64,000 nt of DNA from Octopus vulgaris (taxonomy: Eukaryota), in the NCBI GenBank assembly GCA_951406725.2, contig OX597814.1:36952001-37016000 (forward strand), given 5' to 3'. Of this stretch, positions 27,601-42,710 are shown in pieces; within the stretch, counting starts at the first letter, position 1; the number at the start of each line of letters is the position of its first letter. Position numbers and translations under genes: made by a program. The notes under the pieces are model-generated. The model saw only the letters and a program-made list of their open reading frames with translations. It ran no database searches and was not told the DNA's origin.

Positions 27601-28916
27601 TTGTAATAGGTGTGATCTATATTCGTTGCTACACTCAACAGTAATTTTCAATTTATGGACAGATTTGCTGTTTATTTCATTGATGCATAAACTTTGTGCA
27701 AATATACCATATGCAACTGTAGTAAAAACATTTCTAAGCCTTTACAACGATAGCCATTATGATTAGGTATATAGAAACCCAATATTAAAGAATCAAAAAC
27801 TGATAAAATTCTGCACAACACCACAGCGTAGCTTTCAATGATTATGTTTAATAGCATGAAATAAAGAAAAACAGAGCGTTCATGAAATATGATTTTTTTT
27901 TAAAGATTACATTTCCACCTAGGAATTTCCCCTAGATATATCACGGGACAGCATAATGCAACGAAGCCATGAATATAACGATTATATGTAAAACCTACAA
28001 ACAATGAATGCCCCCGCTATTGACACAGACGCGGTTATGTGACACCAAAACCATGACTATGCGAAGTGGGCTCAGATAGGTGGATTTGCCTGAAATCATA
28101 ATACTTAGGATGTTTAAATGACAACCAAATTTATTTTACTGACCGTATCTTGATTTCTTATTTTGTAAGCAGTTATTTTTTCCCCATAAAATCTGCCATG
28201 CAAAGGGTCATATGGATATCGCCTAAACACATCACGTATGTTATAGCTTAACTCCCATATTCTGTGTGATTTATTCCCTACTTAAAAGAGAATTCCTAGA
28301 ATATTCTCAATTTGTTTTGATTATTTTTCTACATTTTTTCTATCTTTGTATCGTCATTCGCAATTTATTTTTCTCCAATTTTTATATTTTCATATAATTC
28401 ATGGTCTTTTCCAGCTCATTCCTTTAATATCATTATTCCTCTCTTTAACTTCTCGAATCATTATTCAAGAAATAATGTTCATTTATATACTCATATACTT
28501 GGATATGTATCCTTTATATTTTATTACTTTTTCTCCCATTTGCTATTCCCTCAGTAAATACTTAATTCTTCTTTGCCTTTCAAACATTCTATAAATTTTC
28601 ATTTTGTTTAGCTCTTTGTTGGCGTATCATGGCGAATCGGATTTTTTTCTATTATTTCAGCATTTTATGTTCCTTTTTAACTTCATACATATCCTTGACT
28701 TATCCATTTATCCATTATCATCTCATTTATAATATATAGATTTGTGTGTAGGTGGGTTTGTCCGAGTGTGTTTGAGTGTATGTGAGTGTTCAATACACAC
28801 ACAAACACACTTATGTATATATATATATATATATAGTATTTTAATTTTCAATGTTAGGGAGTCCCTTCCCATCAATCTTTACAATCGCCTCTCAACAGTT
28901 ACTTTATTTGCTAGAG

Positions 28917-28918
<2 letters not shown>

Positions 28919-28983
<65 letters not shown>
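28919..28983. repeat. (TG)n microsatellite
   Basis: Seen directly. Confidence 0.98.
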
Positions 28984-28984
<1 letters not shown>

Positions 28985-29778
28985 ATGTGCTCGCGCACTT
29001 GTTTCAATTCCTTTATATTCAGAGTATATATATTTTTGTACAACAAATAACCACATGTAGAATTGAGGTTCACCTGATAAATACTGGTACTCACATATGT
29101 AGAGGTACACACATATTGATCAGCCTGTGTCATGTCTAACAACTTCAGGATGACATTTTTTTTCTGTGAATTTATGTATATGCCGTGTGGCATGTATATT
29201 TAAGAGTCAGTTTTTAACATTAAAAAAAAACTTGTTTTCGAACATGTCACTTTGTATAAGTGCAAACTAATGCATTTTCAAGTACCTATACTTTCACTAA
29301 AGCAAATACAAATATATTGTTTCATTATTATGAGGAGGTTGCAAAATATAATTTCAGTTCTATTCTTTAGGCTACTCAAGACGAATTATGAATGTAGCTA
29401 TTTAATCATTATATTACACGGTTCCGAAAAGATAGAAATAAATATAAACTACTATAATTTGGAAGGTCTATTAACACCAACAACAATAATATTCAATGCT
29501 TATTGAGCAGTAAAATGGTATTGAAATAGGCTTAAATACTGCTGTATCACGTAGACTGTTATATAATTACAAATATAAATTGCTACTTATTCAGTATTTT
29601 ATATAATATTCTTTTTGTATGGTTTCACTTCGGGTGAGGATTAAGAATAAAGATTATATTTATCACAATAGTTAATAAATGTCTCTCCAACAATTACGGA
29701 AATGATTTTAACACAAAATATATTGGTATGAAATTAAACACGCGCATGCATATAATCATACATACATACACACACACA

Positions 29779-29844
<66 letters not shown>

Positions 29845-29849
<5 letters not shown>

Positions 29850-30136
29850 GTTATCGCCATACTAATATGGCATTCTTATAAAATTAAGAATAAAGCTGTC
29901 CGCTTATTAGCTCCATGAGGCCATCGCCTTAAGTTAGCTATTTGATACACAAACTGTATCCATATAACCTTCGAACAAGGGAGGTCAGTCGCTCCACACT
30001 ACTTGTTCGAAGGTTATATGGATACAGTTTGTGTATCAAATAGCTAACTTAAGGCGATGGCCTCATGGAGCTAATAAGCGGACAGCTTTATTCTTACTTT
30101 TATAAGAATGCCATATTAGTATGGCGATAACTATTA
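29845..30136. repeat. Near-perfect inverted repeat (135-bp arms, 22-bp spacer) within (TA)n
   Basis: 29845-29979 is the reverse complement of 30002-30136 with one mismatch; ~60-bp unique extension on the right, then (TA)n. Confidence 0.95.
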
Positions 30137-30194
30137 TTTTCCGGGAACGCTGCCGCTGTTCTCTTTTAGAGAGACTTAGTAATTTTAATATTTC

Positions 30195-30245
<51 letters not shown>

Positions 30246-30739
30246 CATCTATACGCACACATATATATTAAATACGTATATAGAAATATATATATTACAT
30301 ACATCCATGCATATATACGTATTTATTTATATGTGTGTGTTTGTGTGTTTGTGTGTGACGCTTAGAACAAGGAACCTCCACAGTTTTAATACAGTGTTCA
30401 GAGCCACAATACGACTGTGCTGGTAATTATTCGTTCCCTACAAGTAATGTATATTGAACCTTAAATAAGAGTAGCTGAAAAATGTTCTTCATGGATCTGA
30501 TATTGTCCAAGCACACTGCATCTGTGAATATATGAATGCTTCTCCATTTCCCTTATATGTGGCTATGTCTCCAGTCAATACAATGAGTAGATTAATAAAT
30601 TTTAAATGACCATCGATGTATGGCAATGTAATTTTCCATAATTACTGGACCCTGTTCCTCCGCACTGTAGAGATTCCAGATCATAAAGGCGCCTACACAA
30701 TTTGTGGTCACCTTAAATTTTCAATATATAGACATATCA

Positions 30740-30850
30740 GCCTGAGCCTTTTGTAGAAGACACTTTCCTAAGGTACCACGAGGTGAGACTGAATCCGAAA
30801 CTATGTAGTTGGGAAGACAATTTCTACCCTACACATTCACCCGTGCCCTT
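30740..30850 (-). mobile_element. OK-like SINE 5' fragment
   Basis: gtagaagacactttcctaaggtaccacg..gactgaatccgaaactatgtagttggga is the reverse complement of the head at 50600. Confidence 0.6.
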
Positions 30851-31348
30851 ATATACACACACCCGTATGTACATGTATATGCATATGTATGCATTAAGGC
30901 TACCATTGGTTTCAGGCTAAGATAAAATACCTAAATATCATAATTTTTCAAGGTGATCATAGAGGTGTTGTTCGTCTAGATTTTGAATAAAAACATGAAA
31001 AATCTCTGGAATTCTGGAAAATGTCTCGTTCAAGTTTAGATACATAGAAAACCTGGAGTTATTCAAGTAAAAACAGAAAAGGCAATAAAGTATGAACATT
31101 GAAAGAAGGGGGGTGTAACCAATACCCCCTACAAGTAACATGACTATCATAGTTAAAGCTAGGAAATACAGGAGACGGGGTACCAAATGTGAGCTACATA
31201 TCACCCAGTCAATAGAAAGCATATTAAATATTCGGAAACCTTCTCTTCCTGTATATCCAAGCAATATTTTACGCTTCAACATTTCAAAGAGGAACCACCA
31301 CCTATTCCGCCAATCCTGCCAAGATAATCTCATTTTTGAGTGTAACCG

Positions 31349-31393
<45 letters not shown>

Positions 31394-31816
31394 ACATACA
31401 GATTCTACACATAAAAGTTACGTTCCCCACAGATGAATTCCATGAGCACAAATATACAAGAACATCACATACACCAAGTATATATTAAATATTATATTAT
31501 AATATAATATTTATAGAACAAAGAAATTCAGCATCCAGCATGGTCCAACACATTTTTTCCCCAAAAGTCAAACCCAATGCAGATAATCATTCAAAGGGTG
31601 TCATCCAAGTCCAGCGCTCCATGATTTCTTCAGGTTTTTCAGGTGTTAATCCAACATGGAGGCGATCACCATCCCTCTATGTAATTAAAAGTTAAATGAT
31701 ATTAAAGTATCTTTGTTAGCATAAAACGAACAGTAGCCTTCATACAGAAATGAAATGAAAAATTATCCACCAATGCAGTGGTCTCATTCTCCTTATTTGA
31801 CCTATATGTATGTATA

Positions 31817-31858
<42 letters not shown>

Positions 31859-32102
31859 GAGTGTGTGTGTTTATAAATACGTGCACCCACAGAAACACAC
31901 ACACGCATATAGACAAACAACGATGAAAATATATAGGAGTGCGTATTTGGAAGTGAAAGACGATGGTTGGAGTATATATCAATTATTGCCTTGTTAATAC
32001 GTTAGATCGCACTTAGTTTTGCAATTCAGTTGTGTAATCTAATTAGATATAATCATATCCTTTCAAATTTTGGAAAATCATTGGCCAGTTTCGGATCGTT
32101 AG

Positions 32103-32105
<3 letters not shown>

Positions 32106-32194
<89 letters not shown>

Positions 32195-32216
32195 TGTATG
32201 TATGTATGTATGTATG
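32106..32216. repeat. (TA)n(TATG)n compound microsatellite
   Basis: Seen directly. Confidence 0.98.
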
Positions 32217-33829
32217 TGGGGGTGTGCGTGTCCGTGTCTGCGCGTGTGTGTGAATACATATATATTATATGTATATATGTGAGTGTGTGCGTGTGATCTA
32301 TCTATCTGTATGTATGTATGTATGCATATTTAGGTATATCACTTCTATATTTTACAAATTTATAATTGATAATATGAGGCAGAGTAGGTGTGAAATTTGA
32401 ACAATAACGCAACACACTTATTTAAATTAAACCTTACGCAATCCCCCTGAATATTTGGTTCGTTTAACGACTGGAAAACGGTTAGTCTTAAGTAATTGAA
32501 TATTCCAATTTCAAATATAATAAATATTACGTAATATCTTTAGAAACTGATAATCGCAGTCAATATGTAAACAACGTCACATACATGCACACTTGTTTAT
32601 GCACACAGGATCTCATATACGTAGACAGACACACTCGTAGTACACCCAGGAGCGAAGGCGCAACTTCCTCCATAAATCTATGCTCACAAACACATGCACT
32701 TCTATGTTGTTTTGGACAAACAAAATTCCGAATTAAATTTATGTTGGAAATGCGCAAAAACATTCTTCAAAATAAATGTATTCTTTGTTCGTGTTCGATA
32801 GCAGTGCATCAACAATCTGCAACAACTGTCACCAGTTATAATAAGACAGCAGGCCATGCAAAAAGCATATCTCAATTTAGGGGACACAAGAGTCAGCAAC
32901 ATCAAAATATGTGCAATTTTATATAAAGTACACACTTTTCAGAAAAAATGAGCATATGTAAGCTTGGTTTGAAAGGGAAATTATATTCTTTATTCTAGTA
33001 TAATTTTAAATAATATAAATCCACTAACTTCGATTTACGCATAGCAAAAGAAAAATTTAAATACGATCTCCATTTCCATGCCCAGACGTTAACCAATAAC
33101 GAAGGCTACTAATAATAACCACAATTATTCTGTTACCTTTCTATCAAACTGATTTGTACAGTCGAAAGAAAAGCAGACCACCGAATTTGCAGATTCAGAA
33201 TTTCTCAGTCACTGATACTGTACAGACTTTGTTCATACGTCAAATTAGTACCTGCAATATGCGGAAGTGTAGCGGTCCTACAATGATGAAATATTATTAC
33301 TAACACATGAAAACTAATTTCTTATGATTCCTCCAGTGCACACTGAATTTAATTACATCCTTTAATATCAGTAAGAACTACTACAGCAAATGCAAATGAG
33401 GTAAAACAAAAATTAAAAGAAAAAGTTCCAAATTGAATTACACAGTTTGGCAAGAAATAACAGCACAAATAAAGTAGAAACTACTAAACAAAACCGCCAA
33501 AGTAGCTTTGCAAGAATTGAAGCCCAAGACTATTGAAATATATAAACTTATAGTAACTTGTAATAGTGAAAAATGTAATATATTCATTATCGAAGATAAA
33601 AATGAATAAATTAGGAAAATATATTATATTCTTCAAAATAACTACAGTTTACCTTAGATGCAATATTCAACTGATGAATGTATATCATGAAAATGAAAAA
33701 CTAGAATTACGAAATTTCTGGAGACGTTACAAGTATAGAAGAGCTTTATATTTATTACTAAACAAGACAGACAAACTGATCACAGTTGTGAAACTTGCTG
33801 AAGGTTGACCATGCTGCAACTTTCGAACA

Positions 33830-34060
33830 CATTATTTCATCTTCCAGAGATTTAGACTGGGAGAAATTAGACTGCAACTGGGGCAACAGAATTTGGTGGA
33901 TGCTCTAAAATATAGTGATGCTGTGGGATTCACAAACATTCGACAACTCCGAATTTAGGTAACTCCATGCAATGGGTTAGGGACGTCAGAAAGCTAACGA
34001 ATGAAGACATGCTGTTACTATGAGGATTTAGTCAAATGCAAACAATATTTACACTGTGTC
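33830..34060 (+). mobile_element. Possible hAT transposase C-terminal dimerisation-domain remnant
   Basis: LVDALKYSDAVGFTNIRQL resembles AL..D...FPNI..LL; heavily degraded. Confidence 0.4.
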
Positions 34061-34811
34061 GTATTAGATGAACATTTTCACTGAGCGAAAGAGAGAGAGA
34101 TAGAGAGAGAAAGATGGAAAGAAAGAGAAAATGAGAGAGAGTGAGAGAAGGTGGGAGAGAGAGGTAAAAACTTCATTCTCGCGAGACGGTAAGAAAATTG
34201 TACTTTCATACGGTACAATATGCTTTCTAATGTCACAAGCGAAAAGCGAATGAAAACGCTTTGGCCGATGTTAGTAGATTCTAACAATAGCATTCTGATC
34301 TGCCAACTAGATCTGAAGCATAGATAGATATGAAGGTATAATAATAATTATAATCATGTTTAGAATTGAATTTGATGCAATGGAGAAGGGGAGAAAATAA
34401 TAATTGGTGAATGACCATAAATAGCGAAGGATGGAAGAGTATTTTGCAAAGAAGGTAAATGATGATTGTCACAAAAGTAGTGGGCACGTTTGAGGTGTCA
34501 AATGACACTTTGTCTAGATTTTACTTCTTCATTTTTGCCCACAAGACATTATGATATAAGGAGATAAAATTCGTAGAGTTGGCAATCACAAAAATAAGAG
34601 AGTTTGCATGACAAAAGATAATGTGTTCAGGTTCATTCTACTAAAAAAGATTGATAGAAGACAGGCGTCTTTCTGTGGAGAGAGATGTCATAAAGCATTT
34701 TGTAACCAGGGCTCAATTACTGCTCATGAAATCTCCAATTACGTGGAAAAGAAAGACAACAGTTATATATATATATATATGTGTGTATCTGCTTGTCTGT
34801 ATATATTATGC

Positions 34812-34852
<41 letters not shown>

Positions 34853-34861
34853 TTTCAAATG

Positions 34862-34945
34862 TTGGCAGAATTTGAACTCAGATCCTAAAGAAGGACTAAA
34901 TTCTGTAAAGCATTTGTCCCAGAGTCCTTACCAGTCTGCTAGCTA
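34862..34945 (-). mobile_element. OR-like SINE head fragment
   Basis: ggcagaatttgaactcaga..aagcattt..ctgctagct is the reverse complement of the OR-like head. Confidence 0.55.
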
Positions 34946-36230
34946 GTAGATTTATATGCAAACATGTATAATGATAAGCCATCAATATCGCACGAATATG
35001 TGATGATTGGCTCTACTGGTAAATGTCTATGTAACGTGATGTGAACGCTCTGTATTTACATAATTATTACTTTGCACCGAAATCGTTTTCATTGAGAGAA
35101 GATATGCTCTATAGGAGAAAATAGCTTATTTATAAGTACATCCATGTGTATCGTGTGACTGTCCAGTTATCCTTCTGTTACTCTTCCACTTGCTCCATAT
35201 TTATATATATATATATATATATGCATAAAAGCACACACACACACACAAACACCTACCCAGCCATATATATATATATATATATATATATTATCATTAAAGC
35301 TGCGAAAACATCACAAAAATATCACAAAAAAATTGTCTTAATGCTCCTTAGTGTTTGACGTTCCAGTTCGTCGAGAACGTGAAACTCTGAGTAGCTGCTT
35401 TATATTTGTGATGTGCTTACACCTTTAATAATAAAGCATATTACTCTACCTCTAGTATTCGAGTACTATATTTTCCACCTTGTTTCAAATGTACGTGTTT
35501 ACTCTGGTATATATATATATATATGTATATGTGGGTGTGTGTGTGTACGTCCGTGTGGCTGCGTATCTGTGTATCCATATATAGGGAAGTCATATATATA
35601 TATATATTAAGTTCTGCTTCAGTACACGCATAAGTGTTTGATTCTACTTCTTAATGTTTGTGTGTTACATGTATGTCTGAAACTTTTATATCTGATTTAT
35701 ATCTGATTATTATTTTATATGTTCTTCAATACTGCTCATTAGAGCTAGAGATTTAATGAGAAATCAATCAATTTAATAAGACCTTATATACCATCAGAAA
35801 CCTTAAAATGATAATAAACCAAACATTATTTTTTCCTACTTCTTACTATAAAATAATATCAAATATCTGATACAAGTATTAGGTTTTTGTTTTATTACTA
35901 AAACGCAAATTGTAATACTCATGTTTCATACATTTTATGATGATTCCAAATTTTTCTTCAGCAAATAGATTTTATTATTTGTCATAATTGAAGCGTTCTT
36001 TGAACTTTAGTTAGCAACTGAATTTTGCTAGATGCCTTCAAATAAATGTTATTTCTACGTAGTATTTATTCACATTACTTGTAATTATACATTTGTCGAT
36101 GCATGTACATATGCATAGTCAACATTAATGAATAGGTTTGTGAAAAAGTACACACAAAGACTGTACACATGTCCATATATATCACATATGCATTCCTCAA
36201 TATATATTAGCCAACACACAGGTATATAAG

Positions 36231-36234
<4 letters not shown>

Positions 36235-36286
<52 letters not shown>

Positions 36287-36426
36287 ATGTGCATGTACGT
36301 ATATATATATAATGTATATATATGTCGGTGTGTGTGCGTACAAATACATATATGCACGTATAAACGCATACATATATATATATACATACATATATGTATG
36401 TATGTATCTATCTATCTATCTATCTA

Positions 36427-36476
<50 letters not shown>
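36235..36476. repeat. Compound (TA)n/(TG)n/(TCTA)n microsatellite block
   Basis: Seen directly; source of spurious YIYI ORFs. Confidence 0.95.
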
Positions 36477-36477
<1 letters not shown>

Positions 36478-37534
36478 GAAAATACATGTTTGCGTGTTTG
36501 TGCATTTGCGCGCGCGAGTCCATGCGTGCCAGTGTGTTTGTATATGTAATGTATGTGATGTTCAGAGGATTTTTTTTATTATCAACTCTTGTCATAAATA
36601 TGCTGGTATCATTTTAATAGCAGCATTCTTTTTTTATTTTGGAGGGGAGAATTTTTTATGTTTTTGCCTCTACAGATTTTCATTTTTTTTTTCTTTCACT
36701 ACTTTGCTGTGATGACAAGCAATCACACCCTCGCTGCTGATGTTTCCACCTTGAAAACTAACAGGTTGTTGCTTTCATCCGAAAGTTCATACTTTCCGTT
36801 ATAAATGACAAGTATAAACAACGGATTGGCTTTTAATTAAAATGACATTAACAACTTAGAACTTCATTTAAAGGACGGCTTCTGCTTGTATTTTACATAC
36901 AGTTTTGAGTTTGTATTGATCATCGCATTCTCCTATCACCTCAATCGAATCATACACCTGGTATATCTTTTTAAAATTCGTTTGCTTTATTTACACCTGC
37001 TTTTATGTTGATGTTTTAATATTTTTTTCATTTTATTATTGGTGATGATACATTTGGTATTTGAAGACCTTATGATATTTAGCAAAGGTGTTTATTTTTC
37101 GTTTCAGTTACACCTTCTGACCTAAAATATCTATTCTTTAACTTCTGATATTTAAGAGCGAACGACAGAAGTGAGAGAAAACAAACATTAACACTATAAA
37201 TATAAGTGTTTTAAACTAACTGATGATACGCGTATATCAAACACGTTTCTCACTCAGAGGTGTTTTTAAAGTAGATTGCTGAATTCATTAAAATAAATAA
37301 CATCACTGCAGAACATATAACTGATTGGGTTGTGAGACAACCTTTCACCTTAAAATATCTGCGCGTAGAAACTAAACGTGTTGCACGTTAAGTATTCTAA
37401 CCACTAATAAAATATAAAATATAAGATAAATTATATTTTGTATTGTTGCTTTGTTATCGTAATGATTTTAATATTTACACATAAAAAATTAAATAGATTA
37501 ATCACAAAAGGGTATATTGTTTATAGTGATTATG

Positions 37535-37660
37535 AAAACAATAATAACATTATGATGATGATAATGATGACAATGATGATTATGCTGATAATGATGATGA
37601 TGATGATATTGGTGGTAATGAGAATGGTAATATATGAATATAGTATGATAATAATGAATA
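37535..37660. repeat. Degenerate (ATG/ATA)n trinucleotide repeat
   Basis: Seen directly. Confidence 0.9.
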
Positions 37661-39935
37661 AATAGGCTCCTATAATAGCATAAGTTCATGGAGTGCTGAT
37701 AATATTCAATTAAATAGAGACCAATGCAATAATTGTACAATATTTTGGTGTGTCTATTAAATGTCATGTATTTTACCTACACTTTTACAATATATATTGT
37801 TGATATTGTTAATCAAAGGAACTAATTTTGCCTTTGTAAGTCAATAATACCGGTTATATTGAATTGACATAATGGAAATAATTTGACATAGTTAATGCAC
37901 AAAACACTCTGTTTGTTGTTTCTTTTGTACAAATACCTACATAAATCTTGTGAAAATCCCTGGTTTTTCTTTTGTAACGGCAACACACTATTCGAAATAG
38001 TATATTGTATATTAGATAACTTCCACGTAATCTATGTGTAGAATCAAGGAGCTCATTTAAAAATATGGCCTAAATTTAACTGAAAGCAGGAAAATATGTT
38101 TCATTTGACGGGATTCCTTTCATTCTGTGTCTACTAAAGTTAAATTACAATGGTCACAACGGAAGTTAATTGCCTCTTGATATATACACATATACATTGC
38201 TTGTTTACAGATAACGATTAATACTTTTAAATCATCAGTCAGCAAATACTCCAAAAGGTATTTAATTTCTCATGCTCTTTTCTGTTCTGTAACACTATTT
38301 TTGTCATACAACTCGATCGAGACAGAAATCTCATTTTTTTCTTATTTTGAAGCAGAACTTTGCACATGATTATGTTCACGTATAGATAACTCTAAAATAG
38401 GCATAATTCACATGAAAAGGCATTAGTATGTATAAAATTACAAACATTTTAAGGTACCATATGTAGTCATAATTGATAAGCTATTGCTCTGTGCAGGATT
38501 AAGAGATTAAATATTTTTACATTTCCAAAACACAGTTTATCCATGTCATCGCCTGTTTCTTTTTCGGTCACTCAGCCATTTTCTAATGCTGATGCTGCTG
38601 AATGTGATGATGCTTGTGGAATAAGGGCGATGACAACGAGAATGACTATAAACAAACGGATGATACCGCTGTGCGGGGAAGGGAAGCAGTAGTGAAGGTG
38701 TGGTGGGGAATCTGATAATGAGGTAGTATTTTTGGAGTAGAAAGACAGGACAGACTAATGTAAAGAAATGGACTGATTATAATCATTATTTGTTCAACCC
38801 AGCATCGTTACATATATCGCCATCGTCACCTCCACCTTCACAACATCGAACACCACCAACATCGCACCAATATTCAACATACTTATACCAATCATATCTA
38901 TAACGACTACAACCAGCATCATCTTCTTGATCATTACTATTAACACAATAGTCAATCATCATTTTTCTCAACATTATTACATTTAACGTTATATACACAA
39001 CAATCATCACATCCACTTTTCCGTTGCTGCTACTAATATATCTAGCATTAAAATACCCACCCCTGTCACCTTCACCAATAAGAAATACCTTCACCACGAC
39101 TACCATAAAACCAACGACCACATGAAGACCTCGATTAGCAGCCACGACAATTATACTTTAGTCCTGTGTATATCTGCACTTCTATCTAAGGTTTGTGCAG
39201 AAATAAACTGTTATCGAACTGTTATGAAACGAAATATATTGTCTTGCTCTCGTTTCTTCTGACAAAGCACACACATATTCACGCGCGCACCCAATAATAC
39301 AAACATTGATATTAGATAGTCTGAACCGTTTATATGGAATTATTATCCAGTACTATATTACAATGAATACAAATAGTATGTCTACATGCACAACATATTC
39401 GTGAAGTGGGAAAAGATTGAAGAGTTGTACTTGTACGTTTCAATCTTGTAATATTTTCTAGTCTCCACCAACGCACTGCTTACAAACCTACTTTTATTCG
39501 AGGTTAATATAAACTAGTTAATCCAATTTACTTATTTGATACTTCACTGTATGTTCAAGTATGAAATACCTGGTTCAGTATAATACACATATATGCACTC
39601 AGTGAAACATGCATGCATGCATGCATAAAAATATATGTAGAAAAACAAACATGCATTCATACACACGCAGATACACACACACATATATAAACAAGCTTAT
39701 TTCTACAGAAATTTTCATATATATGTATGCTCTCAAATACCCATTCCTTCCAATATAAACTTGCTACACATATCTCAAAGAGCCAGACTGAATTTCTGTT
39801 TACTTTGGATCTAAAGTTAATATTGTGTTTTAATCATTACTAATAATTAAACCTGTTGTTTCTACTCATTATATAATTTAAAATGCACTCATTAACATGC
39901 AACGGTGTGACTCATTTTGCGTGAAGAAGCAAAGG

Positions 39936-39972
39936 CAGAAGGAAGCCCAGAAGGAAGCCCAGAAGGAAGCTC
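39936..39972. repeat. 12-bp tandem repeat (CAGAAGGAAGCC)x3
   Basis: Seen directly. Confidence 0.9.
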
Positions 39973-42710
39973 AGGAATTCCTGGAAATTGTTCTCTTTAT
40001 TTTGCGACAATATCAATGCATGAAATCTTTTCGTTCGGAGATTCAGATATGATACCAGCATAATCACGGGTTTCAAGTACCAACATATATGATCTTGGCA
40101 CAAGAATTCCCTAATGCTAAAATGTATTAGGTAAATTAAAGTAATGTAGTATAACATCACTTTTATTTCAAATGGCAGATCTAATAGAGTCAAATTCATC
40201 CTATATTTATCCAGTAAACACTTGTTTAGAAGCCATATGTTATACAAATAGTTCAATGAATATAACTTGAAAGTTAGTTCCCATTTCATGGGTAATTTGG
40301 CCTTTTTTTAGGTAGAATTAATAAAAACAATGCAATTTTGCCGCCCAGAAATTACTTTCAGCTGAGTTCATCTGTCATCAGTCATGACTATTGTACTAAA
40401 ATTAATACCAATTATAACACTAATGACACAAAATGTTACATCGGCCACAAAGTTTGTGTTTGTGCGTGTGTATGAGTATCTGTGTGTGTGGATATGAAAT
40501 CAAAAGATCGGCCGTAACACTTTCAAAATACATTTGGGGTTTAAAATATATCGTTTCCTCTGTAAATTAGTTCAAGAGGTCCTTTTATCTTTTTTACTCT
40601 ATGAAGATCATTGAAAGATCTCTAAAACTGTTATGGATTTCCTATCTCATCCATAACAGTTATTTGTTTTCCACCAAAGGAACTATGCTTTAACTATTTC
40701 AACCACCCTCTGATCCATTATATCCAGAGTAAGATTCATGTCATAAACTTTAATCTACAATTTCGGGCAACAGCATAGGAAGTGGTATTAAGTACAAAGC
40801 AGAAGGAGAACCAAAAGTGAAACACTAATGTAGTGATCTAAGATGTTTTTTACTTGCATTCCATATGATTCGAAATGTAGCTTTTACGAGGCATTTAAGT
40901 GCTTTGGAGTTTTTTACATGATGCACAAACGTAGCTTTTAAGTTATAGCCTTCTGTTGAATTGACCACAAATGTACATTAACCGATCTTAAACCACCTTT
41001 TAACTTGGCACAGACGATCCTCCTTTTATAACGTACATCCTTTCTAGCATGAATTTCTACAATAAATATTTATGAAAGTGTCAAACCATGTCCCCCTATT
41101 ATTTTTCCGGTCATAGAGGTGAAATTCAGTATCAGATTTTCTTGCTCCTTATATTTTACGTTAGGCAAACCAGAATATTTTAGCATCCACACACTCACAT
41201 ATTGGTTTCTTTCTTAACCTAAGGCTTCTAAACATCGAGTAATATGCATGATCAATCTCTATGATTAAACTGATAATCATGAGGATAACATTTTTCATGA
41301 GAGGAATAAGGCTGCCCATGGTTTATTATGTGCCTTGTCAATTGCACGGATTGTACAATTATTTTCTTATACGCACGAGATTCCTTTATCCCTTGAAATT
41401 GTAGATACAGTTTTCTGGCCTAAAGATCAGTTTGAAGACAAGTCTTTAAGATTTGTCCTCATTTATAATCTTATATTTTGGTTCTTAAATTTGCCGCTGT
41501 GCTGTCATTTCATTTTGGCATAACTGAATCATTGTTGCACAAAAGAAAATTCAGTTAACTAGATACGATCTTTTCTTTCTAAGCTATTGCAAGTTATGTA
41601 TATTAGATATGAATTTTTAAAGTAACATTAAAACAAGAAATTACAATATTGGCCACATTAAACAGATAACATTATATCATTAAGTAGGTTTACAAAAAGT
41701 TATTTGCTTTCTCGTCACATTTTTATGACTGTAAATAGAAAGACGGCAGAATTTTACTTTTGAAGGAAGACGAACTAGTCTCGAGTAAGGCATACAATGT
41801 GGGCTATGTATATATGGTGACAGTGGGAATAAACGAAAGTACTGAATAATGAAAGAATTCCATGAACTATTTTGTTCACACATTTTCATTTAATTCCAAT
41901 TGAAGGATAATGAAATCTAAGGTGCCCTATATATATTTTTGTACGTTCTATTACTAATAATTAATAAATGTTGTGAAAATATTGTTCCAAATGTTTCTTG
42001 ACATTTTATGAATACCGGTGATGGTCTGCGTCAGTAGCATCAATTACTATAAAGGTCAGAAGAATATGAGAGCGAAGATTTTCCATCAGGAGTTTAGAAC
42101 GGTGTTTGCTGCTCATCTTCGAGTGAGAATGATGGAGAATGAGAAACTGAAGGATTAGATTTAAATGAAAAGAGGTGACTAAACGAGAGATTCTGTATAA
42201 GAAGATAAAAGAACTCAGGAGGTGAGGTTTGAAGTGTGGAAATGTCCGATAGATGACCAGTTTTTGAAATACCTATATATCTATAATATGACAGTAGGTG
42301 AATGTTTTGTTGTGTGTAAGCAGAAATGCAGAAAGCTATGTATGAACAACATGGGCAAAAACAAACACAAAATATAGATTTATTCATATTTTACTACATA
42401 ATAGAAATGCCTCTAAATTCTGATTTCATTTCAGGATGAAACAATTCTGCTTATATATCACTATATACAACAAATTCTATGACGTATATATTTTTTTTGA
42501 AATTTGGGACATAAAGGCGTTTCAGACAGTTCTGCAATCGTGAGCTCCTCTATGCCTGTATATCAAATCACGCTGAAAGTTTGATATTGTGGGATGATTT
42601 GATACAGTTTTGATAATAGATTCTATGATGGGTTAGGTGTAAAGCGATAGTATCGGGAGTGGGTATATATACATACATAAATAAATATATATATAGATAT
42701 ATATATATAT

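Noticed and set aside
26903-28210. Possible piggyBac remnant (TTAACCC.. left, ..AAAGGGTCA right, weak YGG..SIRR peptide)
   Set aside because: Ends do not pair beyond a few bases and the peptide similarity is too weak.
33670-33700. CTGATGA-atg-tatat-cat-GAAA core
   Set aside because: No stem III, NUH site or stem I partner.
38786-39145. 119-aa ORF
   Set aside because: Degenerate (CAC/CAT/CAA) low-complexity tract.
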